Shown one piece after another: positions 34,912-44,480 of a stretch of 64,000 bases of DNA. Under the pieces are notes generated by a model. It was not told the DNA's origin and did not search any database. It was given only the letters and a program-made list of their open reading frames with translations. Positions within the stretch are counted from its first letter, which is position 1. Each line of letters opens with the position of its first letter. Origin of the DNA: an uncultured virus (IMG/VR IMGVR_UViG_3300048839_001435) (Duplodnaviria > Heunggongvirae > Uroviricota > Caudoviricetes); IMG/VR virus record IMGVR_UViG_3300048839_001435. One strand, written 5' to 3'. The position numbers and the translations under genes were made by a program.

Positions 34912-35966
34912 CACACGCCCTCGAAGATGAAGTAGTAGCCGGTGTTGCCGGCGGAGCCGTTGGCGCCGGTGCCAGCGCCGGCGCCAGCCGCACCACCGGA
35001 GACGTCCGGGTCGTTGCCCGTGTAGCTCTGCGTGACCACGTAGACGGCACCGCCACCACCACCACCGCCGCCGCCGCCGTTGCCGATCGCCGCGCCGTTG
35101 GCGCCCGCGCCGCCGCGACACCCGATGACGCCGTCGTTGACGATCTCCTGCGCGACGATGACGATCACGCCGCCGCCGGCGCCGCCGCCGCCGCCATCGC
35201 GTCCTACGCCAGATCCAGCAGTGCCGCCGCCGCCGCCTCCACCACCGGAACCCCCTGGCAGGTACTCACCTGTCGCCGGGTACGCGCCCTCCATCAGCCA
35301 CGGCAGCGCCCACGGTCCACCGGAGGCGGCCGGGACGTGGACGATCGCGCCGGCGGCGCCGCCCAGCTCGACGCCACCAGCACCGGTGCCGCCAGCACCG
35401 CCGCGACAGATCGGATCGGGCAGTTCGAGCGGAGTGTCCTCGGTTGCGTCGCCGGCAACCCCGTTAGCGCCAGCGAGGCCCCCGGCACCACCATCCTCGC
35501 CCCACCCCAACGTGCGTTGGCCGCCGGTGTACCCGAAGTTTCCACCCGGGCGCCCGGACGCCGCAGGGCCGTCGTTGAGGATGGCGCCGCCGACCTCGAC
35601 GGTCAGCGAGGTGCGGCAGAAGATCCGGTAGCCGTCGGCCGCCAACGTCGCGCCGTTGGGGACCGTCAAGTTGTCGTAGTACATGTCGCGCACGAGCGTC
35701 GTCGTGCCGGCGCCGAGCGTGACGTCGCCGTCGACGCCGTTGCCGAACCACGTCTGCGATCCGCCCGTGCCGCTGCCCAAGAGCGTCCAGTCGGTGTCCG
35801 CGGCGCCGGTCTTGGAGTACCAGTCCCCGGTGTCGGTGCGGATGAACCACGACCCGATCGCGCCAGGGCGCCCTGCACTCGACGGGTCGAGCGCAGCGGC
35901 ATCCACGCCAGGCGTGGACGTCGTCGGACCGAACAGCAGGGGCAGAAGGCTCGCGAACGTAGACAT
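34911..35966 (-). CDS. glycine-rich virion fibre protein
   Basis: KTGAADTDW; WFGNGVDGD; poly-Gly tracts. Confidence 0.85.
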   Translation of the reverse strand: MSTFASLLPLLFGPTTSTPGVDAAALDPSSAGRPGAIGSWFIRTDTGDWYSKTGAADTDWTLLGSGTGGSQTWFGNGVDGDVTLGAGTTTLVRDMYYDNLTVPNGATLAADGYRIFCRTSLTVEVGGAILNDGPAASGRPGGNFGYTGGQRTLGWGEDGGAGGLAGANGVAGDATEDTPLELPDPICRGGAGGTGAGGVELGGAAGAIVHVPAASGGPWALPWLMEGAYPATGEYLPGGSGGGGGGGGTAGSGVGRDGGGGGAGGGVIVIVAQEIVNDGVIGCRGGAGANGAAIGNGGGGGGGGGGAVYVVTQSYTGNDPDVSGGAAGAGAGTGANGSAGNTGYYFIFEGV

Positions 35967-35988
35967 GCCGGCTAGGCCGAGTCTACCA

Positions 35989-36004
35989 GATCGCGGCCGG
36001 GATC
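35989..36004 (-). promoter_or_regulatory. GATC-N8-GATC box followed by TAGACT -10
   Basis: minus strand GATCCCGGCCGCGATC-TGG-TAGACT upstream of 35966. Confidence 0.75.
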
Positions 36005-36043
36005 CGACGATCCAAGCGCCGAGACGCTACGGGTGCGCCAGTC

Positions 36044-39000
36044 TCACGGAACTCCTGGGACGACGGGCCCCGTGGCGAACGCGCCACCCGTGATCGTCGG
36101 GACGCGGTTGTTGCCAGTCTTGTCCTCGACGCCCAGGGTCCCGCCGCCCGCGTCGTAGAACCGCCACCAGAACGCCCAGCCCGTGGGATCGACGTCCTGG
36201 CGGTGCCCGTCGACGACCTCGTCAGCGAGGTTGCCGGTCCGGCCGCGAACGTACTGGTACCGGCACGCGGGCTGCGCGGCCTGTCCCGAGATGCCGTTGC
36301 CACCGATGAAGACGACCTCGCCTTGGACCGAGTCTTCGATCCCGTTGGCCTTGGTCACGGCGTAGCGGGTACCTGCCGCGCCTTCGGCGACGGTCCAGGT
36401 CGCGCGCAGCGTGTCGCCGCCGGCGAGCGTCGTGCCTTGCAGCGTCACGTGGAGCCACGTGTTGAGCGGTGGCGGCGTGGCGAACGTCGCCAGGCCCGTC
36501 TGCGTGTCGCCGACGGCCAGATCGTACTGCTCGAAGACGTTGTTGTTCTGGATGTAGACGGCGCGACCGTTGCCCGAGTGGCGCAGGCCCATGTAGATCG
36601 AGTTGCCCAGCTCGCCCTCGAAGTACATCAGGGCCTCGATGACGAAGTCCGAGTGGCCAACGTTGCCGAGGCTGTAGGTGAGCGCCGCGCCCGAGGTGTT
36701 GGCCGAGAAGCTCGCGGCTCCCTGGTCGACCGTCATCGAGAGTGCTGCGCTGTTCGTTGTCGCGCTGCCGCTGACGTTGGTGAACACGCACCGATAGAGG
36801 TTGCCGTTGTCCTCGGCGGCGAGCACTGGCGTCGTGTACGTCGTCGTGTTGCCGGAGCCGGAGCCGCCAGTGCCGCCGACGACGTTGGCCCAGCCGCCGC
36901 CGTCGTTGACCTGCCACTGATACGTCGCGGCGGGCGATGCATCGCAGGTCGCGGAGAACTGCGCCGTCTCGCCAGCCGACGCCGTGTCGTTGGCCGGATG
37001 CGCCGTGATCTCCGGCGCGCCCGCCGGCACGACATCGATGCCGTTGGAGTCGTCGAAGTTCGTGCCCGCGGTGTTCGTCGCGGTCTCGCGGACCGTGATC
37101 GTGTTGCCTTCGTCGGCGACCTGCGTGGTGTACGTCGAGTTGGTCGCACCGCCGATGGCGACCCCCTCGCGGTACCACTGGTAGGTGAGCGTCGGCGCCG
37201 GCGTGCCAGCCCAAGTGCCGGGCGCCGCGGTCAACAGCGAGCCCGCCTGCGTCGAGCCACTGATCGTCACACCGCCAACGAGCAGCGGCTCCGACGGAAC
37301 CTGCTCGGTGTAGAACAGCGACGTATCGCTGTAGCCGTTGCGGAACCACCAGCCGTACTTGCGCGGCGGCATGACGCGGTACCGCGGGTAGCCTTCGGTG
37401 TTGCGCGTCCAGTAGGCGAAGACCTCGACCGCGACGGTCTCCAGCTCCCCGAGCAGCGTCGTGAACGCCGCCGTCGACTCGGCCAAGAGCGTCTTGGCCC
37501 AGATGACTTTCTTGATCACGCCGGCGACATCGTGAGCGTGCTCCATATCGAGCAGCTCACCCTCGCGGTAGGTCTCCGGCGTCTGGGTGTTGGCGACGAG
37601 GTACGCGGGCAGACGCAGCCCCTGGATGCCCGGGATGTCGCCCTCGTTGGTGACGTAGAAGGCGTTGTCGAGCAGGAAGTCACCGTAGTTGGCCATCCAC
37701 GTCGGGATCCGGACGTCCGGGTCCGTCCGGTAGAGCTGCATCATGGATTCGAGCAGGAACGACGACATCCACGGCGAGGTGATCGGCGTCGTGATCGCCG
37801 AGCCCTCGTGCTGGTTGTGACCGTGCAAGGGCGCGCCGCTGGCCACGCTCATGCCCTCGACCATGTCGAAGTAGTCCCAGGCGTCGGCGAGGGCCGTCGC
37901 CGCCGCCGCGGCGTTGCCGGCGTTCCAGTGGAGCCAGTAGGCCGACACGCAGGCTTGGATGGCGTAGCCCGCGTTGCGCTCGGTCCACAAGGCGGCGCTG
38001 TTGGGGTTGTACGTCTTGCTGAACGACTGGAGCGCCTGGTTGTAGAGCGCGATCGACTTCGTCCGGTGGACGGACGACGCCGTCTCGTGCTCGTACCAGA
38101 CGCCGATGATCGGGTACAAATACTTGATGTCAGCGGGGTTCGCGCCGTTGTCGCCGCCGGTGATGTTGAACGTGCCCAGGTTGTTGCCCGAGACCTGGAC
38201 GCCGGCCATGTAGAGATCGGCCAGCTCGATCGCGTCGGCTAGGATCTCCGGATCCTGCGTGCGCAGGTAGAGGACGTAGCAGCACGTCGCGCGATCGTAG
38301 AGCCACGGCTCGCGGTTGTTCAGATCGAACAGCCCCTGGTTGGCCGAGTACGGCGGGATCGCGACGTTGACGCCGTTGTTGTACTCGGCGCCGATCAAGC
38401 CGCGGAACGTCAGGCCGAAGTTGAACGCGGCGTTGTCGAGGGCGCTGGCGATCGGCGCCGCCGAGCTGAACATCGGCTGGTTGGCGGCACCAACGAGGAC
38501 CGTGACCGTCGCGGTGTCGGACGCCGCCCCGTCGGTGATCGTGTACGTGAAGCTGACCGAACCCTCGAAGTCGAGATCGGGGGCGACCTCGAAGTCACCG
38601 TCGCCGAGGTAGGTGACGATGGCGTCGCCGATGTCGACGGGCGCGTTGAGGACCACAGCCACGCCGTTGAGGTGGGTGACGGTTAGTGCGTCGTCGTCGG
38701 GGTCGCTGTCGTTGGCGAGGACGTCGATCGTGATCGGCGTGTTGACGAGCGTGATCCGCGCATCGTCGTTGGCGACGGGCGGGTCGTTGACCGCGCCGAT
38801 CGACAGGGTCACCGTCGAGATCCGGATGTCCGAGGTGTTGGTGACCTGGTAGGTGATGACCGGGATCGCGCCGTTGTAGTTGGCGAACGGGATCAGCTCG
38901 TAGGTGCCGTCGGCGAGCAACGAGAACGTGCCGCGCGACGGGATCGTCGCGGTCTCGCCGGCCTGATAGACGCCGACCTGCCCGGCGATCGTGTACTGCA

Positions 39001-39421
39001 TGACCGAGAGCGTGCCGACCGTCGTCGTCGCGCCGGCCAGGACGTTGCCGGCCAAGACCTCATCTTCGTCGCCGGCGGCGACCGTCGGGACCAGCGTGAT
39101 CGTCGCGCTGCCGCCGCCACCCGCGCCTGCGCCGCCACCACCGCGGATGACGAACGGCGGGTCGTTGAAGCCTCGCCCGGCCGGCCGCACGAACGAGTGG
39201 AACTTGGTGAGCCGGCAACTGCCGGTGACCGTCGCTTCGCCCGCGTTGGTGATCGTGACCGCGGACGTCGTCGCCGAGACGAAATCTAGTGCCGGGTTGT
39301 CGAAGACGATCTCGTCCGGGACGACCGCCACGCCGTTGATGTTGAGCGTGTGCGCGACGGTGGCGGTGCCGCCCGGCGCAACGTCGGTGAACGTCAGGGT
39401 CTGTTGGAGGCGGGACGGCAC
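36044..39421 (-). CDS. large multidomain adhesin/spike (cadherin/Big_9-like, helical enzyme-like core, Ig-like, LamG-like)
   Basis: VNDPPVANDD...DVLANDSDPDDD; WTERN, SPWM helical core; TYQW Ig repeats; ConA-like C-terminus. Confidence 0.85.
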   Translation of the reverse strand: MPSRLQQTLTFTDVAPGGTATVAHTLNINGVAVVPDEIVFDNPALDFVSATTSAVTITNAGEATVTGSCRLTKFHSFVRPAGRGFNDPPFVIRGGGGAGAGGGGSATITLVPTVAAGDEDEVLAGNVLAGATTTVGTLSVMQYTIAGQVGVYQAGETATIPSRGTFSLLADGTYELIPFANYNGAIPVITYQVTNTSDIRISTVTLSIGAVNDPPVANDDARITLVNTPITIDVLANDSDPDDDALTVTHLNGVAVVLNAPVDIGDAIVTYLGDGDFEVAPDLDFEGSVSFTYTITDGAASDTATVTVLVGAANQPMFSSAAPIASALDNAAFNFGLTFRGLIGAEYNNGVNVAIPPYSANQGLFDLNNREPWLYDRATCCYVLYLRTQDPEILADAIELADLYMAGVQVSGNNLGTFNITGGDNGANPADIKYLYPIIGVWYEHETASSVHRTKSIALYNQALQSFSKTYNPNSAALWTERNAGYAIQACVSAYWLHWNAGNAAAAATALADAWDYFDMVEGMSVASGAPLHGHNQHEGSAITTPITSPWMSSFLLESMMQLYRTDPDVRIPTWMANYGDFLLDNAFYVTNEGDIPGIQGLRLPAYLVANTQTPETYREGELLDMEHAHDVAGVIKKVIWAKTLLAESTAAFTTLLGELETVAVEVFAYWTRNTEGYPRYRVMPPRKYGWWFRNGYSDTSLFYTEQVPSEPLLVGGVTISGSTQAGSLLTAAPGTWAGTPAPTLTYQWYREGVAIGGATNSTYTTQVADEGNTITVRETATNTAGTNFDDSNGIDVVPAGAPEITAHPANDTASAGETAQFSATCDASPAATYQWQVNDGGGWANVVGGTGGSGSGNTTTYTTPVLAAEDNGNLYRCVFTNVSGSATTNSAALSMTVDQGAASFSANTSGAALTYSLGNVGHSDFVIEALMYFEGELGNSIYMGLRHSGNGRAVYIQNNNVFEQYDLAVGDTQTGLATFATPPPLNTWLHVTLQGTTLAGGDTLRATWTVAEGAAGTRYAVTKANGIEDSVQGEVVFIGGNGISGQAAQPACRYQYVRGRTGNLADEVVDGHRQDVDPTGWAFWWRFYDAGGGTLGVEDKTGNNRVPTITGGAFATGPVVPGVP

Positions 39422-39438
39422 GCTCCTAGCCTATCACC

Positions 39439-39454
39439 GATCGCAGCTGCGATC
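39439..39454 (-). promoter_or_regulatory. perfect GATC-N8-GATC palindrome followed by TAGGCT -10
   Basis: GATCGCAGCTGCGATC-GGTGA-TAGGCT-AGGAGC-GTG. Confidence 0.8.
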
Positions 39455-39456
39455 TA

Positions 39457-40176
39457 TCAGGGCAGTAGGCGCAAAAACTCAGGAGGAATCGGACCATGGA
39501 CGATCGCAGTGTCCGGGTCGTTCTCCGACTCGACGTCGATTTCGAGCCCCAGCGCCCACGCGAACGTCGCTGCTGCGGCAGCTTCGACGACGTCCGGCTC
39601 CGACGTCACCTGAGGCGTGTAGCCTGCCGCTGCCATCGCCTTGGTGTCGATGGCGAACACGGCGTCACCGTAGAGGCCCGACTCGGCCTTCTCGCGATCG
39701 AGCGTCGTGAACACTGCCGCTGCGATCCCACGGTTGCGCAGCCCGCGTGAGTCGCTGCGAGGCTCCAGACCGGCTTCGAGGATGTCGTCGACGTTCTCCG
39801 ACGGCGTGGCGTGGTAGAGCGGCACCGGATGCGCCCAGAACTCGGCCAGCTCGTCGTCGACTTCGACGTAGTCCTCGGGGTCAGCTGTGTCGAACAGCTT
39901 CCGGGGGTCGGTGATCGCCACCCACGTCGGCGTGGGTGCGACGACGACGCGGCGCTTATCGCGTAGCTTGAACGCGGCGGCGGTCACGTCCGCGGAGGCG
40001 GGGTCGAAGATCTCGTAGACCGCCCACGAATACCGTGGGCCGTCGTAGGTGCGACTCACTTGCCAGCCGAACTGCGCCAACAACTTCGCTGCGACCTCAG
40101 GAGGTGCGCCGTTGTCGACGAAGTCTTCGAGGGCCTCCAAGCTGTCCGCGTCGACGATCACGCCCCACGCTATCAC
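39457..40176 (-). CDS. ADP-ribosyltransferase-fold (Tpt1/KptA-like) domain protein
   Basis: LYHATPSENVDDILEAGL...VFTT...A..Y...IVHGPIPPEFL; start may be the GTG near 40161. Confidence 0.7.
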   Translation of the reverse strand: MIAWGVIVDADSLEALEDFVDNGAPPEVAAKLLAQFGWQVSRTYDGPRYSWAVYEIFDPASADVTAAAFKLRDKRRVVVAPTPTWVAITDPRKLFDTADPEDYVEVDDELAEFWAHPVPLYHATPSENVDDILEAGLEPRSDSRGLRNRGIAAAVFTTLDREKAESGLYGDAVFAIDTKAMAAAGYTPQVTSEPDVVEAAAAATFAWALGLEIDVESENDPDTAIVHGPIPPEFLRLLP

Positions 40177-40178
40177 GT

Positions 40179-40194
40179 GATCGCGTCTGCGATC
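40179..40194. promoter_or_regulatory. GATC-N8-GATC box between divergent genes
   Basis: GATCGCGTCTGCGATC with TACTAT on + and TAGCGT on -. Confidence 0.7.
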
Positions 40195-40214
40195 ATGCTA
40201 CTATCCGGAGGGAC

Positions 40215-40670
40215 ATGGCGAAGCCGGTGGCGAAGCTGCGCGAGGCGATTCGACGCATCAACCTCGCCGTGGACCAGCACGCACCCGTCTTCATCGGCTG
40301 CACCGAGGTGGCGCTGTTGACGGCCATGGTGTTCGACCAGCTGGGGTTCGAGGCCGTGATCCAGGTCGGGCGAGCGCAGACGCCTCAAGGCGAGTGGGTC
40401 GCGCACGTCTGGGTCGAGCTGCCGGAGATGGCGTACAGTGTCGAGACCAACCCGAGCCAGCTCCGGCATCTGCCGGCGGCGGCGCTGATCTTCCCGACGT
40501 CGACGTTCGAGGACTACGAGGTCATCGGCAGCTGGCCCGCCGACGAAGATCGACTCCCGATGAACCCGGTGACCGACCCGACGTTCGCGCGGCTACGCCA
40601 GAGCCCGGCCGCGGAGCGGTTCTACACCAAGCTCGCCAAGCTGATCACCGCCGGCGCCCCTGCGCGCTAG
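40215..40670 (+). CDS. transglutaminase/papain-like Cys-His protein
   Basis: GGAGG RBS; IGCTEVA...HVWVE...ETNPSQ. Confidence 0.65.
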   Translation: MAKPVAKLREAIRRINLAVDQHAPVFIGCTEVALLTAMVFDQLGFEAVIQVGRAQTPQGEWVAHVWVELPEMAYSVETNPSQLRHLPAAALIFPTSTFEDYEVIGSWPADEDRLPMNPVTDPTFARLRQSPAAERFYTKLAKLITAGAPAR

Positions 40671-40912
40671 AGCTTGGCGCGGCGCAGCCGCGTGTAGTAG
40701 TTGCGGTGCTCCGCGAGGTGGTCCAGGGCGATCTCACACGCCACGCGACGGCTGGGCGTGTGCTCCAGCTCGACCCGGATGCCCGCCGCGAGCTGCTTGG
40801 GGTCGACATCGAGCGGCCCGAGCTTGCGGCCCAAGCCGCCGCGCAGTCGGCCCGGACGCTTGCCGCAGACCTTGAGGAGCTGACGCTGGAGCTTGGTGGG
40901 CTGGCGGGGCAT
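40667..40912 (-). CDS. DUF5661-like protein
   Basis: GIRVELEHT...EIALDHLAE...YYTRL. Confidence 0.8.
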   Translation of the reverse strand: MPRQPTKLQRQLLKVCGKRPGRLRGGLGRKLGPLDVDPKQLAAGIRVELEHTPSRRVACEIALDHLAEHRNYYTRLRRAKL

Positions 40913-40920
40913 GGGAACTC

Positions 40921-42246
40921 CTAGAAGACGCGCACGAGCTGACCGAGGTCAACCGCCGGCACGGCGGCGTAGGCGACCGCGCCGGCATCGCCGAGCAGGA
41001 TGTCCCCGCTCGCGCCGGTGACGCTGGTGCCGGCGTCGACGTTGACCTGCGCGCCGTTGAGGATGCGGATGCCGTAGGCGGTGTTGCCCGTCGTGCCATC
41101 GACGTTGGACGCCGTGAGCAAGCAGTTCTCGGCCTGGACCGCGTCGCCGGTCGTGTTCTCGATGCGGGTGTTGCGGATCCGGCTGTTGCCGAACAGTGCG
41201 TGGATGGCGTCCGCGAGGAAGCCATCGAAGAAGCACTGGTTGACGTCGAAGGCAAAGCAGCTCTCGACGTTGCCCCCACCGAACGGCAGCGTTCCGCCGG
41301 AGAAGCCGCACTGGTAGAAGCTGTTGTTGCCCGAATCGCTCGAACCGTGGCAGAGGAACTCCAGGTCACGGAACGTCGACTGGCGGATGATCACCGACGA
41401 GCCGTCGTGATAGTAGCCCTGGGCGCCGCCGCCGCCGCTGCTGTAGAAGTCGCAGCAGTCGAGCGAGACGTACCCCGACCCACCGCGCAGGTAGATGCCA
41501 TCGAACGAGCACTGCGTGAAATAAAGCGGCGCGTGCGCGATGATCTCCAGCGCGGCCCACTTGGAACCGCCGTTGGACGTGAAGGCGATGTTGGTGAACG
41601 ACCAGTCGCAGAGGCCGATCAGATAGGTCGCACCCTCAAGGAAGTTGCCTGCGTCGCCTGCTTCGATCGTTGCGCCCTCGGTGTAGATGCCGACCGGCGC
41701 CGTCCACGTCGACGGGTTGGTCGTCGTCGCGACGAAGATCGTGTTGGCGGTGTTGTCGATGATCCGCGCCCACTCGATGAGCCCGGAGCCCAGGAGCATC
41801 TGGCCGACATGCGCGCCAGGAACGAGCACGTTCGAGACGTTGATCGTGTAGAGCCCCGTCGTGGCCTGCGTGGAGCTGCCGGTGATGCCGATGGGTGTAA
41901 CCACCACGGTCGGGGTCGCGCGCAGCTGGCAGCTCGCCCTGGAGATGAAGCTGTCCGGCGCGACGCCGCCGGCGTCGAGGTCGTAGTTGAGCCCGGCGAG
42001 CATCGTGCCGCCGATGTTGAGCGTGTTCGCGATTGTGAAGGTGCCGGCGACGTCCAGGATCCAGCTCTTGCCCTCGGCGGCGATGGCGAACGAGGTCAAA
42101 CCCTTGTCGAGCGTCAGCCACGCCGTTCCCGGCGTCAGGCCGTCGTTGGAGTCGCTGCCCGTCGTCGAGTTGACGTAGCGGATCGACTGATCGCCGTACG
42201 GCCAGCGCTTGGTGATGAACCGATCGGCGAAGAAGTCCTTCGACAT
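40921..42246 (-). CDS. right-handed beta-helix spike / depolymerase-like protein
   Basis: YVNSTTGSDSNDGLTPGTAWLTL followed by parallel beta-helix-type repeats. Confidence 0.8.
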   Translation of the reverse strand: MSKDFFADRFITKRWPYGDQSIRYVNSTTGSDSNDGLTPGTAWLTLDKGLTSFAIAAEGKSWILDVAGTFTIANTLNIGGTMLAGLNYDLDAGGVAPDSFISRASCQLRATPTVVVTPIGITGSSTQATTGLYTINVSNVLVPGAHVGQMLLGSGLIEWARIIDNTANTIFVATTTNPSTWTAPVGIYTEGATIEAGDAGNFLEGATYLIGLCDWSFTNIAFTSNGGSKWAALEIIAHAPLYFTQCSFDGIYLRGGSGYVSLDCCDFYSSGGGGAQGYYHDGSSVIIRQSTFRDLEFLCHGSSDSGNNSFYQCGFSGGTLPFGGGNVESCFAFDVNQCFFDGFLADAIHALFGNSRIRNTRIENTTGDAVQAENCLLTASNVDGTTGNTAYGIRILNGAQVNVDAGTSVTGASGDILLGDAGAVAYAAVPAVDLGQLVRVF

Positions 42247-42262
42247 AGCGTCAAGTCTACCA

Positions 42263-42278
42263 GATCGGGGCTGCGATC
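42263..42278 (-). promoter_or_regulatory. GATC-N8-GATC box followed by TAGACT -10 (leaderless)
   Basis: GATCGCAGCCCCGATC-TGG-TAGACT-7 nt-ATG. Confidence 0.75.
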
Positions 42279-43476
42279 AACGACCCTGGAGCGGCGGGGC
42301 CGCCTGCCAGCGGAATTCAGGCAGGATACGGCGCAGAAGCGCGCGTGTCTCGGCCGGGACCCGCTGAGGCCCGTAGGCCATCAGCAGGCCGAAGGCTTCA
42401 CAGAACGCCTCCTCGGGATTCGTCTCGGCGTACGCCGTCAGCGGATGCGCGATCGCGACGACGCGATCGGTACCTGCCTCGATGACGTCTTCGAGCGCGG
42501 CGAAGTTGCGGAGCGCGTCGTCGGGGTCTTTCCTCGATCGGTGCTCCAGCTGCACGACGACATGGGTCATCGCGGGTTCGTCCTGGCGCATCAAGAAGCG
42601 GATGAACGCGCCGCGATCCATGGACGCCAGCCGGCCGGTGTTCAGCGCCCAGCGCCACAGCAGGTAGACGTCCCGCAACGAGATCGAGCCGACTTGTAGT
42701 CGGTGTTCGGTCCAGGCCGCCTGCGCGTCGGCACCCAGGTGCGGCCAAACGACGTGGCCGAACTCGTGGCACAGCGTCCGGACGAGGTTGTCCTCCAGCT
42801 GACCGTCGGGAAACAGCTGGATGCTGTGGAACGTGTAGCGTCCGCTGTAGGGCCAGGAACCGCCGTAGAAGGCGTGAATCCTCGGGGCCTGTGCGAGCAG
42901 CCGAGGGAACGCCGCGTGGAGTCGGCGCCGCGCAGCCCGCAGCGCGCGCTGTAGCGTCGGCACGTCGACCGTGGGTAGCCGACCCGCGCGTTCGGCGGGG
43001 ATCACCGTGATCGCCAGGTCGAAGCCTTCGAGGTGGCCCCGCCACTCCGACGGAAACAGGATCTGCGCCTGCGCAGCGCGCCACGCTGGGAGCGTGCGCA
43101 TGGCCGCGCGTGCCGTGGCGACGACTCGTTGCGCGGCTTTGGCGACGACCTGTGCGCCTTCTTGGACGCGCCCGACGTTCTCGGGGTGGAGTGCGAGCGT
43201 CGCGACCCACTTGACGGCCACGTTGGTCCGCTCGGTCCAGCCTTCCAGGGCCCAGCCGAACGAGTCGACGTCGTCGGACTCGTCAAAGCGCCGCAGCAGC
43301 TGAAGGAGCTGATCGAAGCCGTTGGCGTAGCTGTTGATGTACTGCCGCAGGTGATCCGCAACGGCGTAGCTATCCCACGACGTCGCGTCGACCATCCGCA
43401 CGGTGATGCGCTCGGAGTCCCACTCGAACGCGTCGAGCAGGTCTCCGATGGCCCCCGTCGGAAAGTCCGGCGTCAT
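42277..43476 (-). CDS. zincin metallopeptidase (anthrax-LF/MPTase-like)
   Basis: CHEFGH...TAYAETNPEEAFCEAF. Confidence 0.82.
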   Translation of the reverse strand: MTPDFPTGAIGDLLDAFEWDSERITVRMVDATSWDSYAVADHLRQYINSYANGFDQLLQLLRRFDESDDVDSFGWALEGWTERTNVAVKWVATLALHPENVGRVQEGAQVVAKAAQRVVATARAAMRTLPAWRAAQAQILFPSEWRGHLEGFDLAITVIPAERAGRLPTVDVPTLQRALRAARRRLHAAFPRLLAQAPRIHAFYGGSWPYSGRYTFHSIQLFPDGQLEDNLVRTLCHEFGHVVWPHLGADAQAAWTEHRLQVGSISLRDVYLLWRWALNTGRLASMDRGAFIRFLMRQDEPAMTHVVVQLEHRSRKDPDDALRNFAALEDVIEAGTDRVVAIAHPLTAYAETNPEEAFCEAFGLLMAYGPQRVPAETRALLRRILPEFRWQAAPPLQGR

Positions 43477-43531
43477 GGCGTCAACATCGTGTCGCCGCGA
43501 GCCCGCGGACGATCCGTCTACGCTGCCGCGG

Positions 43532-43930
43532 TCAGCGGATCAGGGAGTGGTGGAAGTAGACGTCGAGGTACACGGTACCGGCGCCGCCGCTGGATGTGGT
43601 GATGTTCAGCTCGTTCTGCGTCGCCGTGGTGCCGTCGACATCGGCGTCGACATCGACCGCGAGCAGCCCTGTACGTGGACGGACGCCCACCGTGCAGTAC
43701 GGCGTGGTCGTGTAGGCCCCCGAGGCGTTGTCGCCGAGCAGCTGCTTGCGGGCGTTCGCTTGGTTGTTGCCGGTCCAGTTGATCCCCAGAAACGCCGCCA
43801 TGTCAGGAGACGCGTCGTCGATCAGGCTTGCGGCGCTGATCGTCGTCGTGTCGCCTGCGGCGCCGTCATGGGTGATCAGGTAGGACAGTCGCCACGGCGT
43901 GCTGGCGGAGCGGGTGACAGTGAGCGCCAT
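43532..43930 (-). CDS. small virion protein, tandem paralog B
   Basis: shares NNQANARKQLLGDN and VDADVDGTTATQNELNITTS with 44002-44412. Confidence 0.85.
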   Translation of the reverse strand: MALTVTRSASTPWRLSYLITHDGAAGDTTTISAASLIDDASPDMAAFLGINWTGNNQANARKQLLGDNASGAYTTTPYCTVGVRPRTGLLAVDVDADVDGTTATQNELNITTSSGGAGTVYLDVYFHHSLIR

Positions 43931-44001
43931 GAGCATACCTCCGGTACGCCGTAGCGGTTGATGCCGCTACAGCCGTGTGAACGTGCAGCCGCCGATCACA
44001 C

Positions 44002-44412
44002 TCAGCGCGTGATCGAGTGCTGGAACTCGACGTCGACGTAGAACGTGCCGGCCACGCCACCCGAGGTGGTGATGTTCAGCTCGTTCTGCGTCGCCGTGGT
44101 GCCGTCGACGTCGGCGTCGACCGCGGTGAGCCCGGTGAACGCGCCCGAGCGGTGACGCACGAACACGCGGCAGTGCGGCTCGTCCCACAGGGTCGACGCC
44201 GCGGCCGTGTTGTCGCCGAGCAGCTGCTTGCGCGCGTTCGCCTGGTTGTTGCCCGCCCAGGTGATGCTGAGGAACGCCGCCATGTCGGGCGACGCCGCAG
44301 CGATCATGGTCGCGGCAGCGATGGTAGCCGTGTCCCCGGCCGAACCGTCGTGGGTGCAGAGGAACGTGAGGCGGTTCTGGGTCTTGGTTGCGGCAGCAAC
44401 GGTGATTGCCAT
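44002..44412 (-). CDS. small virion protein, tandem paralog A
   Basis: see paralog B; ends FQHSITR. Confidence 0.85.
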   Translation of the reverse strand: MAITVAAATKTQNRLTFLCTHDGSAGDTATIAAATMIAAASPDMAAFLSITWAGNNQANARKQLLGDNTAAASTLWDEPHCRVFVRHRSGAFTGLTAVDADVDGTTATQNELNITTSGGVAGTFYVDVEFQHSITR

Positions 44413-44433
44413 AGTGCAATCGAGCCTAAACTA

Positions 44434-44449
44434 GATCGCAGCCAGGATC
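44434..44449 (-). promoter_or_regulatory. GATC-N8-GATC box followed by TAGGCT -10
   Basis: GATCCTGGCTGCGATC-TAGTT-TAGGCT upstream of 44412. Confidence 0.75.
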
Positions 44450-44480
44450 AACTGGGGGCCTGGGGACCCCCAGTCGAATT

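Noticed and set aside
32852..35966. Possible DGR template/variable repeats among fibre paralogs
   Set aside because: No reverse transcriptase in window; differences are not adenine-restricted
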